Source: an uncultured Planctomycetales bacterium (lineage in GTDB: Bacteria > Omnitrophota > Gorgyraeia > Zapsychrales > Fredricksoniimonadaceae). Taken from it: 64,000 nt of DNA. Position 1 is the first letter of the stretch; every line of letters begins with the position of its first letter. The translations under genes and the position numbers were made by a program. The stretch lies in the NCBI GenBank assembly GCA_964438075.1, contig CAYTIW010000002.1, positions 47,994 to 111,993 on the forward strand, read 5' to 3'. The notes beneath the pieces were generated by a model. It saw only the letters and a list, made by a program, of their open reading frames with translations. It ran no database searches and had not been told where the DNA came from. Positions 1 through 9,392 of the stretch are shown one piece after another.

Positions 1-1087
1 CTACGAACATTGCCACGCCGTATGCCGTGTTAAATATGCCGTAGCCTGTGCCCCGTTTCTTCAAGGGGGTAAGATCCGCTATGGCAGACTTCATAATCGT
101 CTCGTGGGCGCCCATGACGATGCCCCACAAGATCACGCTCAGGATAATCATTGCTTTGTCGGACGTGAAAGCCAGCACGGGGATAAAGGCCGAAAGGAGC
201 GGCATGCCGCCCATGAGTAGCAAACCCGCCCTATTATTAGATGTCCTGGCATTGAGGATATCATATAACTTGCCTATCGCCAGCGCCGCCAGGCCATCGA
301 CCGCCATGGCGATGGCGTAAAAGAATGGGATCTCGGCATCGGTTATTATGCCTTTGGCCTTGAAATGATAACCCATCAGGATAAAACTCACGAACCCGGT
401 TGCGGTCAGAAAACTGAAAACGGTATAAAGCCAGAAAATCCTGGGGAGTTTATCCGGCTCGGCTTTGTTGGACGGGGTCTCTAATCTCTCTGGTACCGGG
501 AACTTCAGGTATGCCAGGGTCACCGCCAACATCAGCAGGAAAAAGGGGATCCATAAAAGGGCATATCCGGCCTGGTAGTCCCGGAGCGTTTTCTCTCCTC
601 CCCCTGTTACGATAAAAAGGCCGGTAAAAATAAGCGGACCGACCAAAGCACCGGCCTGGTCCATGGCCTCGTTCAAGCCGAATCCCCAACCAGTACCGAC
701 CTTTTGGGCCGCTTGAGAGAGAATAGTATCTTTGGCCGGACTGCGAAGCGCTTTTCCCAGACGCTCCGTTACGATGAAGAAAGCGGCCAGCTGCCAGACC
801 CCGGCAAGAGATAAAAGCGGCACTGCGATAAGAAGCCCGTAACCGACAAAAGTAAAAGCCCAGTAGGCTCGGCTACGGTCGCTGAAGTATCCTGAAACAA
901 GTCGGATCGCGTAACCGAGAAATTCACCCAAGCCGCCGATGATCCCGACAACAGCAGCGTTAGCGCCCATGGTCTTAAGGTAGGGGCCATTAACGCTGCG
1001 GGCGCCCTCATATATGATGTCCCCGAAGAGGCTGACCAGGCCAAAAAGGACTATTAATTGGATAGCCTTTTTGTTCGTATCCGCCAT
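1..1087 (-). CDS. MFS-type transporter; 5' portion in window, C-terminus runs off the window start
   Basis: Reverse-complementing 1021-1087 gives ATG at 1085-1087 and a continuous minus-strand frame reading MADTNKKAIQLIVLFGLVSLFGDIIYEGARSVNGPYLKTMGANAAVVGIIGGLGEF... Hydrophobic helices alternate with an MFS-like loop (TERLGKALRSPAKD) and GWGFG...DQAGALVGPL. The ORF track omits it because the stop lies outside the window. The listed 450..689 and 769..1044 ORFs are other frames of this gene. Confidence 0.6.
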   Translation of the reverse strand, partial: MADTNKKAIQLIVLFGLVSLFGDIIYEGARSVNGPYLKTMGANAAVVGIIGGLGEFLGYAIRLVSGYFSDRSRAYWAFTFVGYGLLIAVPLLSLAGVWQLAAFFIVTERLGKALRSPAKDTILSQAAQKVGTGWGFGLNEAMDQAGALVGPLIFTGLFIVTGGGEKTLRDYQAGYALLWIPFFLLMLAVTLAYLKFPVPERLETPSNKAEPDKLPRIFWLYTVFSFLTATGFVSFILMGYHFKAKGIITDAEIPFFYAIAMAVDGLAALAIGKLYDILNARTSNNRAGLLLMGGMPLLSAFIPVLAFTSDKAMIILSVILWGIVMGAHETIMKSAIADLTPLKKRGTGYGIFNTAYGVAMFV

Positions 1088-1147
1088 TTGAACCTCACTT
1101 GGAAGTATTTGATGTCAGGGAGACAATTTTCAATAATAAATGGGATT

Positions 1148-2167
1148 TCAGAATCTGCCTGCTATCTCGCCTTTACATTCAGCACAACATCCTTTCTCCA
1201 TCGAGATATTCACTACCGAAAAACCATCTCGTTCTATCACCGGTAAGCCGCAGGAAGGGCATTTGGTGGCAGCACCTGCAGGGTCATGCACGTTACCGGT
1301 ATAAACATAATGCAGCCCCGTTTCTAAGGCTTCGTTACGGGCAGCCTGCAGGAAAGACAGCGGAGTGCTGGGGCGGTCCACGAGTTGAAAATCAGGATGG
1401 AAAGCTGTGAGGTGCAAAGGGACATCCTTGCCCAATTCTTTGGCGATCCAGCTGCTCATGCTTCTTAATTCCGCCAGGTTATCATTCTCTCCCGGGATGA
1501 CCAGTGTGGTGATCTCAAGCCAGATATTGGTCTTATGCTTTAAATAGATAAGCGTTTCGAGAACAGGCTCAAGATTCCCGCCGCACATCCTTCGGTAAAA
1601 ATCCTGGCTGAATGCCTTCAGGTCCACGTTCGCTGCATCCATATAATGAAAGAAATCCTGACGGGCGACCTCTGAAATATATCCGTTCGTCACCGCAACT
1701 GTCTTCACCTTGGCCTCTCGGCAGGCCGCGGCTGTTTCGATCGCATATTCTGCAAATACGATCGGCTCGTTATAAGTAAACGCAACCGACGGGACCCTTA
1801 GCTCGCTGGCTTTCCTGGCGATCAGTTCCGGCTGCGCTTCGACATGGAGGTTGTCCAAAGTCTGGCTCCTCGAGATGTTCCAGTTCTGGCAGAAACGGCA
1901 GCTAAGGTTGCATCCGATAGTCCCGAAAGAGAGCACCATAGTGGCTGGATGAAAATGGTACAAGGGTTTCTTCTCGATAGGATCTACTGCGAACCCGGAA
2001 GCTTTTCCGAAAGATTCAAGGACCAAGTCTCCGTCGATGTTAAGGCGGCCGTAACAAAAACCGCGCTCATCTTTCTTTATTACGCAGGAACGCGGGCAAA
2101 GTAGGCACTGGACGGTTTTGTTCGGCAATTCCTTCTGGAATAAAGCGCGGTAAAATGACATGTTCAT
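1148..2167 (-). CDS. amrS: Radical SAM enzyme, AmmeMemoRadiSam-system (AmrS)-like / PFL-activase-like
   Basis: Carries the cluster GCNLSCRFCQNW (CxxxCxxC radical-SAM 4Fe-4S motif), preceded by DPIEKKPLYHFHPATMVLSFGTIG, and an N-terminal Cys-rich CLLCPRSC...GFCYGR. This layout is typical of AmrS / PflA-like activases. Confidence 0.65.
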   Translation of the reverse strand: MNMSFYRALFQKELPNKTVQCLLCPRSCVIKKDERGFCYGRLNIDGDLVLESFGKASGFAVDPIEKKPLYHFHPATMVLSFGTIGCNLSCRFCQNWNISRSQTLDNLHVEAQPELIARKASELRVPSVAFTYNEPIVFAEYAIETAAACREAKVKTVAVTNGYISEVARQDFFHYMDAANVDLKAFSQDFYRRMCGGNLEPVLETLIYLKHKTNIWLEITTLVIPGENDNLAELRSMSSWIAKELGKDVPLHLTAFHPDFQLVDRPSTPLSFLQAARNEALETGLHYVYTGNVHDPAGAATKCPSCGLPVIERDGFSVVNISMEKGCCAECKGEIAGRF

Positions 2168-2218
2168 GAACCGATCGGGTGCTAACTGGTGAAAGGGCTT
2201 TGATCCGCCAATTCTTAC

Positions 2219-2698
2219 CTATGAAATGGTTTTGGGCGGCTTACGGTTCAGTTTGGCAAAACCTCCCAGGACTCTTTCTAGCAGATGGCTCCACGATACT
2301 TTGTATGTCTCATCGAAATAGACCGTATCATCCACCTCTACACCGTCCACCTTCTTGATAAGTACTCCCGCAATATATTGTCGGGGGGTATTGGGTGAGA
2401 CTGCGAGCAGGCTGGACCAGCGGACCTCACCTTCCATATAGATTAGGCTTTCTTGTTTAGGAAGGTGCATTTCCATCCACAGATAGTCGCCCGGTTTAAG
2501 CTCTTTGGCAGATTCAAAACAAAGTCCGTTGACGGAGATATTCTTGGAAAAACCTATATAAGTGCGATCCTGCCCCTGTTCTTTTTCCTGATGGACCTGG
2601 AAATCCACTTCGGTCCGGAAATCATAAGCGACCTTGAAAGACACCCGCACATCGGTATCGAAACGAGGAAATTTCCTCTGTATCTGCTCTGTAGCCAT
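2219..2698 (-). CDS. PilZ-domain (c-di-GMP-binding) protein
   Basis: RxxxR motif (QRKFPR) sits near the N-terminus and a downstream (D/N)xSxxG motif (NISVNG) follows, in a 159-aa protein. Confidence 0.6.
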   Translation of the reverse strand: MATEQIQRKFPRFDTDVRVSFKVAYDFRTEVDFQVHQEKEQGQDRTYIGFSKNISVNGLCFESAKELKPGDYLWMEMHLPKQESLIYMEGEVRWSSLLAVSPNTPRQYIAGVLIKKVDGVEVDDTVYFDETYKVSWSHLLERVLGGFAKLNRKPPKTIS

Positions 2699-2795
2699 AA
2701 CCTGCTCCCTAGTTGATCTATATAAAGACGAGATTGATCTTGCCGTTTGATTACAATATGATTATCCTCTTAATCCACGTCGAAGGAAAGAGTTT

Positions 2796-3380
2796 TTATC
2801 CCAAATTGTTTTTCTTTGTCCAATAAATACAACAGTTCTTCACGATCTTTTCTGTTCGTGCGTCCAAGCTCTCGGCATATTTACCGTTCGAATAATGGAT
2901 AATACCTAACGCCGGGACGTTCTCACCGTTTAGTATGTTACGCGGCAAAGGCATCGAAAGCAGCCCCATGTATTTCCCGTAATTGTGGATCGCCTGCAGA
3001 CAAAGATCCCCTCCGCCTTCACTATTGCCGGCTGAGGTGTAAGCGAATAGTTTCTTACCCGCCAATTGCCCTTGGACCCACATACCACCGGTAGAGTCCA
3101 TGAAAGCTTTCATCTCTGCACTGACATTGCCGAAATACGTCGGACTTCCTAAAATGATCAGGTCAGCATCCAAAAGGTCCTGCGGCCTGGCCTCTGGGAC
3201 CGTAAGCATGCTTTCAAGCACTGCCTGGGCCGGTTCCGGCACGTCAGGCTTTCTTACCCAGTCGGAGTCGGCTACCCGACAGATTGCTACCTGGCATGAG
3301 TCAGCCAGGTTCTCCCGGAAAGACCTTGCCACTAGATAACAATTCCCGCAGACGCTGTGAAAAATGATCACGACTTTCAT
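2796..3380 (-). CDS. Flavodoxin-like / NAD(P)H-dependent FMN oxidoreductase family protein
   Basis: N-terminal MKVVIIFHSVCGNCYLVA is a flavodoxin-fold phosphate-binding loop. LIILGSPTYFGNVSAEMKAFMD matches the WrbA/flavodoxin family FMN-binding segment. Confidence 0.6.
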   Translation of the reverse strand: MKVVIIFHSVCGNCYLVARSFRENLADSCQVAICRVADSDWVRKPDVPEPAQAVLESMLTVPEARPQDLLDADLIILGSPTYFGNVSAEMKAFMDSTGGMWVQGQLAGKKLFAYTSAGNSEGGGDLCLQAIHNYGKYMGLLSMPLPRNILNGENVPALGIIHYSNGKYAESLDARTEKIVKNCCIYWTKKNNLG

Positions 3381-3407
3381 GACTTCCTCTTTCTAAAAAA
3401 CAAATGT

Positions 3408-3800
3408 TCAATCGTTCCTTAAGCGGATCTTTACCGTCCCTAGGCTTCGGGCCGTGATCACCCACAGGATGGAATAATAAGGTATTAAAGTAAATACCGC
3501 CAACAGAATAGCCAATCCGGTATTTTGGGTCGTATGTAGCATTGCTGCCAACGTAGCTACAAATAAAACTAAAGGCAGGGCGAAGCTCCACAACACGGCC
3601 TTATTTCCAGGGATGGACTCGATCTGTACTACTACCCTGCGGCCTGGAAAGAGATCCGTTCTTTCTGTGGTCATACACAATACTTTGGATTTGGACGAAG
3701 AGATGTCCGGGGTAGGATTGATCTCTACCCAGACAACTTTGTCCTTGAACGCGGTCACGGTGCCTGAATACTCTTTTGTCGTCCCGGAATTAATTGACAT
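3408..3800 (-). CDS. Small membrane protein, RseC/MucC (SoxR-reducing system)-like architecture
   Basis: 130 aa with a soluble N-terminal beta-rich segment followed by two C-terminal TM helices (AVLWSFALPLVLFVATLAAM and GLAILLAVFTLIPYYSILWVI). The assignment rests on architecture only. Confidence 0.3.
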   Translation of the reverse strand: MSINSGTTKEYSGTVTAFKDKVVWVEINPTPDISSSKSKVLCMTTERTDLFPGRRVVVQIESIPGNKAVLWSFALPLVLFVATLAAMLHTTQNTGLAILLAVFTLIPYYSILWVITARSLGTVKIRLRND

Positions 3801-3961
3801 GCTTGCCCATGGGCTGAACCTTTGAACTGCCTGTCTGAACTATAGGAAAGATCCACAAATCCTGGCTGAATATACTCTTCCTCAATTACAGTGTCAAGCC
3901 AATGAGTTAAAAGATAGCACGTATATAAATCAGAACCACGTTTTGACACCCGGCTCAAAGA

Positions 3962-5995
3962 ATGATAGTATTTTTTCATTCTCGACGTACACTTTTCAGT
4001 AATTTTATAATGGATATTGATAAGCCACCGTTCACATTAAAAGACCTCAAGAACATCCTGATCGGCCGTTCCCGGGATCTGCAGGAAAGAGGTCTTTTCC
4101 ATCATCTTTCACTGATCGCTTTCTTTGCCTGGGTCGGCCTGGGGGCGGACGGTCTCTCCTCATCCTGTTACGGCCCCCAAGAGTCATTTCTGGCATTAGG
4201 AAGCCATACTCATCTCAGCTTGATAGTAGGACTATTAACGGTCGTTACTATTTTTGTCATCAGCGCCAGTTATTCCCAGGTGATCGAGCTCTTCCCTTTC
4301 GGTGGCGGAGGCTACGTGGTGGCGAGCAAACTTCTCTCACCCCATGTCGGCATGATCTCTGGGTGTGCGTTGCTTATAGATTATGTGCTTACCATAACGG
4401 TCTCGGTGGCCAGTGGAGCTGATGCCATATTCAGTTTGCTGCCGATCGAACTCCTGGGACTCAGGCTGCCGTTTGCTTTTGCTGTCTTGATCTTTCTCAT
4501 AATCATGAACTTGCGAGGCGTCAAGGAATCCGTTATTACGATGGTCCCCATCTTCATATTGTTTATCCTGACGCATGCTTTCATAATTATTTTTGGTCTT
4601 TTGACCCATGTTCCGGCGGTACCACAGATTGTTTCCGGGCTCCATTACGACACCGGTGCCACGATAAACGAAATTGGCATCTTTGGTATGATCTTCCTGA
4701 TACTTAAGGCCTACAGCATGGGTGCCGGTACATTCACCGGTATAGAAGCGGTAAGCACCGCTGTGCCTGTGCTGAGAGAGCCTAGGGTCAGGACCGCTAA
4801 GGTCACCATGATCTATATGGCGGTATCACTTTCAATTTTGGTCATGGGCCTTATGGTAGGTTACCTCCTTTTCAACGTATCTTTGGTGGAAGGAAAGACG
4901 CTGAACGCCGTTCTGATGGAACGTGCGACTGCCGGCTGGCCTGCCATATGGTCGCAAGGGTTTGTGCTCATCACACTGGTATCTGAAGCCGCTTTATTGT
5001 TCATAGCGGCCCAGACCGGATTTCTAGGAGGACCCAAAGTGCTGGCCAATATGGCCTTGGACCGGTGGTTCCCCACCCGTTTCTCAGCCATCAGCGATCG
5101 GTTGGTGTCCCAGAACGGAGTTGTCATCATGGGCTGCTCTGCTTTGGTGCTGCTTTTATTAACTCACGGGTCGGTTAAACTCCTGGTTGTGCTCTATGCC
5201 ATCAACGTTTTTATTGATTTCGTTCTTTCACAGACCGGAATGGTCCGTCATTGGTGGAATGAAAGACAGCGTAAACGCTCCTGGAAACGCAAGGCGGCGG
5301 TAAACGGCTCCGGGCTCATTCTCAGCGCATTTATCTTGATTTCGACTGTCACCATAAAGTTCGATGAAGGCGGATGGATGACCCTGGCCGTCACCGGCGC
5401 GCTCATATTGGTGGCCCTTTTTACTAAAAGGCATTACCGCAAGACATCTGTTCTGCTAAAAAGACTGGATACGCTGACCACGGCGGTATCCGAAGAAATG
5501 CTCCGGACGCCCTCCACTTCCGCTCCGGGTTTTGATCCCAAAGGCAAGACCGCGGTTGTTTTCGTCAGTGGGTTTAACGGCATGGGATTGCATACCCTTA
5601 TGAATGTGGTCCGTTTCTTTAAAGGCACTTTCCGGAATTTTGTTTTTGTTCAGGTAGGCATAATTGACGCCGGTAATTTTAAAGGTGAAGCCGAGCTCGA
5701 GCACCTGAAGGACAAGTCTAAAGAGGATATTGAACGCTACGTTTCGTATATGCGATCGCAGGGCTTTTACGCGGAAGGTCATTACGCGGTCGGGGTCGAT
5801 GTGGTCGAGGAAAGCGAGAAGATCTCCCTGGAAATAGCCCAGAAATATCCTGATGCTGTCTTCTTCGGCGGACAACTGGTCTTCCCACACGATTCCTTCA
5901 TAAACCGCCTGTTCCACAACTATACGGTATTTTCCCTGCAGAAGCATCTTTACCGCCAGGGCCTGCTTTTCGTGATCTTGCCTATACGGGTTTAA
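3962..5995 (+). CDS. APC-superfamily permease with a C-terminal cytoplasmic domain (amino-acid/cation transporter, KimA-like possible)
   Basis: Roughly 12 predicted TM helices with APC-type Gly-rich segments (FPFGGGGYVVASK; GFLGGPKVLANMALDRWFP), then a ~200-aa soluble tail. The true start may be the MDIDK codon near 4010. Confidence 0.6.
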   Translation: MIVFFHSRRTLFSNFIMDIDKPPFTLKDLKNILIGRSRDLQERGLFHHLSLIAFFAWVGLGADGLSSSCYGPQESFLALGSHTHLSLIVGLLTVVTIFVISASYSQVIELFPFGGGGYVVASKLLSPHVGMISGCALLIDYVLTITVSVASGADAIFSLLPIELLGLRLPFAFAVLIFLIIMNLRGVKESVITMVPIFILFILTHAFIIIFGLLTHVPAVPQIVSGLHYDTGATINEIGIFGMIFLILKAYSMGAGTFTGIEAVSTAVPVLREPRVRTAKVTMIYMAVSLSILVMGLMVGYLLFNVSLVEGKTLNAVLMERATAGWPAIWSQGFVLITLVSEAALLFIAAQTGFLGGPKVLANMALDRWFPTRFSAISDRLVSQNGVVIMGCSALVLLLLTHGSVKLLVVLYAINVFIDFVLSQTGMVRHWWNERQRKRSWKRKAAVNGSGLILSAFILISTVTIKFDEGGWMTLAVTGALILVALFTKRHYRKTSVLLKRLDTLTTAVSEEMLRTPSTSAPGFDPKGKTAVVFVSGFNGMGLHTLMNVVRFFKGTFRNFVFVQVGIIDAGNFKGEAELEHLKDKSKEDIERYVSYMRSQGFYAEGHYAVGVDVVEESEKISLEIAQKYPDAVFFGGQLVFPHDSFINRLFHNYTVFSLQKHLYRQGLLFVILPIRV

Positions 5996-5997
5996 GT

Positions 5998-6774
5998 TTA
6001 TTCTGAAAAAGTTTGCTGTTCGGGTAATGTCTTACTAGGGGTGAAGGTCCCGGTGAGGATGTGCCTTTTCTTGCCGTGGCCTGGTACTTTTTGGACCAAG
6101 AACCCCTGTTCAGACAGGCCGCGTCGTACAGAACCGGCCACGGTGAAAGTGGAGAACGTTGTGCCGGGCCGGCATAAGTCCTTTAGGGCCTGGAAAACTT
6201 TCTTTGACCACATGGCCGGGTTCTTGGAAGGAGCGAAGCCGTCCAGAAAACAGGCGTCCGCCCCTTCTCCGGCAAGACCATTGCGCTGTATTAACTGCAA
6301 GGCGTTTATGACATCGTCGAAAACGATGGTAAGATGAACACGCCCTCCGGCTAGATACAGATCTTGGACACTACCCGGGTGCGGCGCATAACTGCAGACA
6401 AGCTCATCACGGTAGGGCGTCAACTGCGGCCAAAGCCCCAAGGCCCGGGACATTTGCTCCGGCTTAACCGGGTAAAGTTCCAGGGATATGAAACGCAGCT
6501 TCCATGACGGCGGGGCCTTGGCGTCCCATAGTTGCCAGACGCAGCAGAAATCCAACCCGGTACCAAAACCGGTCTCCACTATGGTAAAAATTCCGGGGTT
6601 TTGTAGAGAAAGCGTTCCGAAACGCTCCGACAGGGCATTGCCATGGCAATTGACATGTACGGCCTCATCGTAGCCGTTATCCTGGCAGAAGTATTTATCG
6701 TCAAATTTGACCGATCGCGGGGCGCCGTTCCGATCCCATTCCAGGTCTGCGTATGGGTTTTCCAGGGGTAACAT
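5998..6774 (-). CDS. tRNA mnm5(s2)U34 methyltransferase domain protein (MnmC N-terminal/DUF752-like, stand-alone)
   Basis: ETGFGTGLDF is a SAM-binding Gly-rich motif. The hallmark FLDGFAPSKNPAMWS...FSTFTVAGSVRRGLSEQGF...GKKRHILTGTF matches the MnmC methyltransferase domain. No FAD-oxidase domain is attached. Confidence 0.55.
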   Translation of the reverse strand: MLPLENPYADLEWDRNGAPRSVKFDDKYFCQDNGYDEAVHVNCHGNALSERFGTLSLQNPGIFTIVETGFGTGLDFCCVWQLWDAKAPPSWKLRFISLELYPVKPEQMSRALGLWPQLTPYRDELVCSYAPHPGSVQDLYLAGGRVHLTIVFDDVINALQLIQRNGLAGEGADACFLDGFAPSKNPAMWSKKVFQALKDLCRPGTTFSTFTVAGSVRRGLSEQGFLVQKVPGHGKKRHILTGTFTPSKTLPEQQTFSE

Positions 6775-6879
6775 TTGATTGCTGAGCGATGATATCGCGT
6801 CGAGAAAGAGTTGACCGTTCCGTTGCTAAAGGGATTATTCAGCATAAACCGCTAGTGGACCGCGGTCGTGTTGACATTA

Positions 6880-7071
6880 TTATGCTTTAGGCTTGCGTCC
6901 CTTTGCGACCAGTATACGTCCCAGGCGCTTGTGGCCGGCTTTCATGTACCATTTCGACCACCAGGCTACCACATCTTCGGCCTTCCAGGATGCGTAATTT
7001 TTGTAAAACTCCGCTTCGGCCTCGGCCGAGGCTTCATCCATCTGTTTCATCATATCGGCATTGTCTGGCAT
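6880..7071 (-). CDS. Small hypothetical protein (63 aa, Trp-rich, basic C-terminus)
   Basis: A strong RBS GGAAAGGA lies 7 nt upstream of the ATG on the minus strand. The sequence contains WKAEDVVAWWSKWYMKAGHKRLG. No family recognised. Confidence 0.35.
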   Translation of the reverse strand: MPDNADMMKQMDEASAEAEAEFYKNYASWKAEDVVAWWSKWYMKAGHKRLGRILVAKGRKPKA

Positions 7072-7270
7072 TTTGTATTCCTTTCCTGTCGGCGACCTTG
7101 CTATATTTTAGGGACAATATACCGCCAATCAGAATTATGAACCGACTTGATCAAAATACAAGTCATTTATCCCCGATCTTATTCGGTTTGATATAACTTC
7201 AGTGTGGTACAAAGATCAGCAATGGCAAATCTCGGATGTAAAAGTTTATAGTGATCATGTTACCGCCACT

Positions 7271-7978
7271 CTATATTTCCCTTAACCCGTTCCGATCCTG
7301 CAAATAAACTTCCGGGGGGAAGTCGATTGAGCAGTTGGCCTTCTCTGTAAGGAATTTCTCTAAGAAAGATTTTTGGATCTCATCGGCCGGGTCAAATAAG
7401 GGCTTCAAGCTAAGGTCGTTTACCAGCGCGATCACCGGTCCCCGAGCGAATTCAGATTTATTAAGCATGCGCTTTAACAGGGTATAGAGGAAACTGGGCT
7501 TGTCCCTAAATACTTCCACCGCCGTTTCGAAAACAACCTTGCCCCATGATTCTTCCACCATTTTCTGGAGCAGCCCGTAACAGGAAGAATATCTGACCAG
7601 GGCCTGCTCACCTGGTTTGAGCTTCAGCGATGAGTTCACCAGCACTTGGGCGATCTCTTGATAATTGAAAGTTTTGATCTCGCGGTGGAAATCAAAAGTC
7701 AATAGATCAAAGGTATAGATACCGCGCATCCTTTGAGCTGCTACTTTTATTGCGCGATCCAGCAGGTCACGGGCCGATTCCCAAAGGAAGTCCTCATCCC
7801 TGCGGATTATTGTTGCTGTCAAAAGCGTCCACTCCAATCCTTCCCGCACGGCTTTGAAGCGCTGAATCTTATCATCGGCATGCCCTTCGTAATTCAAGGA
7901 CTCGAACTTGGGCAGATGCTGGAACAGGTTGGAACGGTCAAATTCAAGATTGATCAGGTTGAGCGATGGATGTCCCAT
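7271..7978 (-). CDS. Hypothetical protein (235 aa)
   Basis: Long clean ORF with no recognisable motif. It sits between two terminators. Confidence 0.45.
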   Translation of the reverse strand: MGHPSLNLINLEFDRSNLFQHLPKFESLNYEGHADDKIQRFKAVREGLEWTLLTATIIRRDEDFLWESARDLLDRAIKVAAQRMRGIYTFDLLTFDFHREIKTFNYQEIAQVLVNSSLKLKPGEQALVRYSSCYGLLQKMVEESWGKVVFETAVEVFRDKPSFLYTLLKRMLNKSEFARGPVIALVNDLSLKPLFDPADEIQKSFLEKFLTEKANCSIDFPPEVYLQDRNGLREI

Positions 7979-8033
7979 GGGTAGAAAGACAATAGATTAA
8001 GTATAAAATATCATATATCAATGAGGGCTTATG

Positions 8034-8068
8034 AAAAAAGCCCGTTACTTTATATAACGGGCTTTTCC
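8034..8068 (-). terminator. Rho-independent terminator downstream of the ferritin-like gene
   Basis: 10-bp perfect stem AAGCCCGTTA/TAACGGGCTT with a 7-nt loop. An A-run lies on one side and a T-run on the other, so on the minus strand the hairpin is followed by UUUUUU. Confidence 0.6.
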
Positions 8069-8087
8069 ATATCTGAACGGCAAAGGA

Positions 8088-8597
8088 TCATCGTTTGCCC
8101 TGGGACAGGAAATCACTCAGGTCCTCTTCCAAGGACTGGAGGTCTTCTTCATGCTCCACTTCGTCTTGGAGGATCTGAAGTACGATGTTATAAGTAACAG
8201 GATCCTTGTCCGCGGTGAGATCGACCAGAGATTTGTACACGCTTATAGCACATTGCTCGCCTTTTATGTTCTGCATTAACAATTTCTTAACGTGAGGGTC
8301 CTCAGGAGCGTCATAACCACAATGCGATCTCTTAAGCCACTCTTGGGGGGTCAGAAGCGGCGTGCCCCCCAGTTGGATGATACGAAGTGAAAGCATGTCG
8401 GCGTGCCGCAGTTCGTCCGCCGCGTGCTGTGTCAACTCCGCGATGACAGCGTCCTTCATCGGCCCCTTGGCCAATTTGGATCCGAGCCAGTATTGATAAT
8501 AAGCCAACCATTCATCCGCATAGGCCTTGTTGAGAAGATCCAACAGTTTAGGAATATTCATGTTAACGATCGAACGACCTTTTGTCCCCATATTCAC
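8088..8597 (-). CDS. Ferritin-like (bacterioferritin/Dps-like) di-iron domain protein
   Basis: YADEWLAYYQYW...HAADELRHADMLSLRIIQLGGTP...ILQDEVEHEEDL contains E/H ligand spacing (ExxH twice) typical of the ferritin-like four-helix bundle. A GAGGTG RBS precedes the ATG. Confidence 0.5.
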   Translation of the reverse strand: MNMGTKGRSIVNMNIPKLLDLLNKAYADEWLAYYQYWLGSKLAKGPMKDAVIAELTQHAADELRHADMLSLRIIQLGGTPLLTPQEWLKRSHCGYDAPEDPHVKKLLMQNIKGEQCAISVYKSLVDLTADKDPVTYNIVLQILQDEVEHEEDLQSLEEDLSDFLSQGKR

Positions 8598-8831
8598 CTC
8601 ACAAAAATTATCAGTTGATATTATGCAATTTGCCCGATGTTTTTATAGCCAGGACTCGGACTGATCTTTAGCGTACAGAGTAGATTGTATGACTATACCG
8701 GCTTTTGACAATATCTTTTTTAGACCGGTTATGCCCCGCGAACGATTACCACCAGGGATTATAAGTAGGAACTTCGATTTTGTATTTTTTTATTATTTAC
8801 CTATAAAGGGCGAGTTTTCATAAAACGTGAT

Positions 8832-8868
8832 AAAAAAACCGCGCTCAACCGGATGGTCGAACGCGGTT
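8832..8868 (-). terminator. Rho-independent terminator downstream of the 95-aa secreted-protein gene
   Basis: Stem AACCGCG / CGCGGTT flanked by an A7 run; on the minus strand the hairpin is followed by UUUUUUU. Confidence 0.5.
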
Positions 8869-8891
8869 AATTTCCTTCCTGGAATGGCGTG

Positions 8892-9179
8892 TTATTTATC
8901 GGCCTTAGCCTCTTCGACTTTGTTAATCTTAGACTTGGTTGTTACCGGATATGCCGACGCAACAAATCCCGAACCTCGATTTTCCTGAATGCTTTTTTCA
9001 TCTGACAACATCTTCTGCAGCACAGGTTTAGCCACTACTAACGGCATCTGTGAAATAACCTGGGCCTGGGACGTCGTACTGCTTAAAAGGAACGCTGCCA
9101 GAACAATACCAACCACCTGACCCCATAATTTATTTTCCATGGCGTTTCCCCCTGTTTTAACAAATAACCAATGTTCCAT
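8892..9179 (-). CDS. Small secreted hypothetical protein (95 aa)
   Basis: N-terminal signal-peptide-like segment LWGQVVGIVLAAFLLSSTTSQAQV. The rest is a Lys-rich tail. Confidence 0.4.
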   Translation of the reverse strand: MEHWLFVKTGGNAMENKLWGQVVGIVLAAFLLSSTTSQAQVISQMPLVVAKPVLQKMLSDEKSIQENRGSGFVASAYPVTTKSKINKVEEAKADK

Positions 9180-9392
9180 CAGTTATAGTATAACAGAAGA
9201 ATAAGGGGTGCTCGGATGGTATAAAGAAAACATTTTCTTCAAGAAAGGGCTATTCTAACGCAACTCCTTATATCTCAATAGATTATTATTAGAGAAAATC
9301 TGAGAAAATGAAAGCATTTTTTAATATTTTTCGAAACAATCCGAACAAATGCTAAAACCCGCACAAAGAACGAGAAAGGATCGGCAACAAAT

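Noticed and set aside
450-1044. ORF-track minus-strand ORFs 450..689 and 769..1044
   Set aside because: Alternative frames of the MFS transporter gene. The third minus frame is open from 1087 to the window start and reads as a coherent membrane protein.
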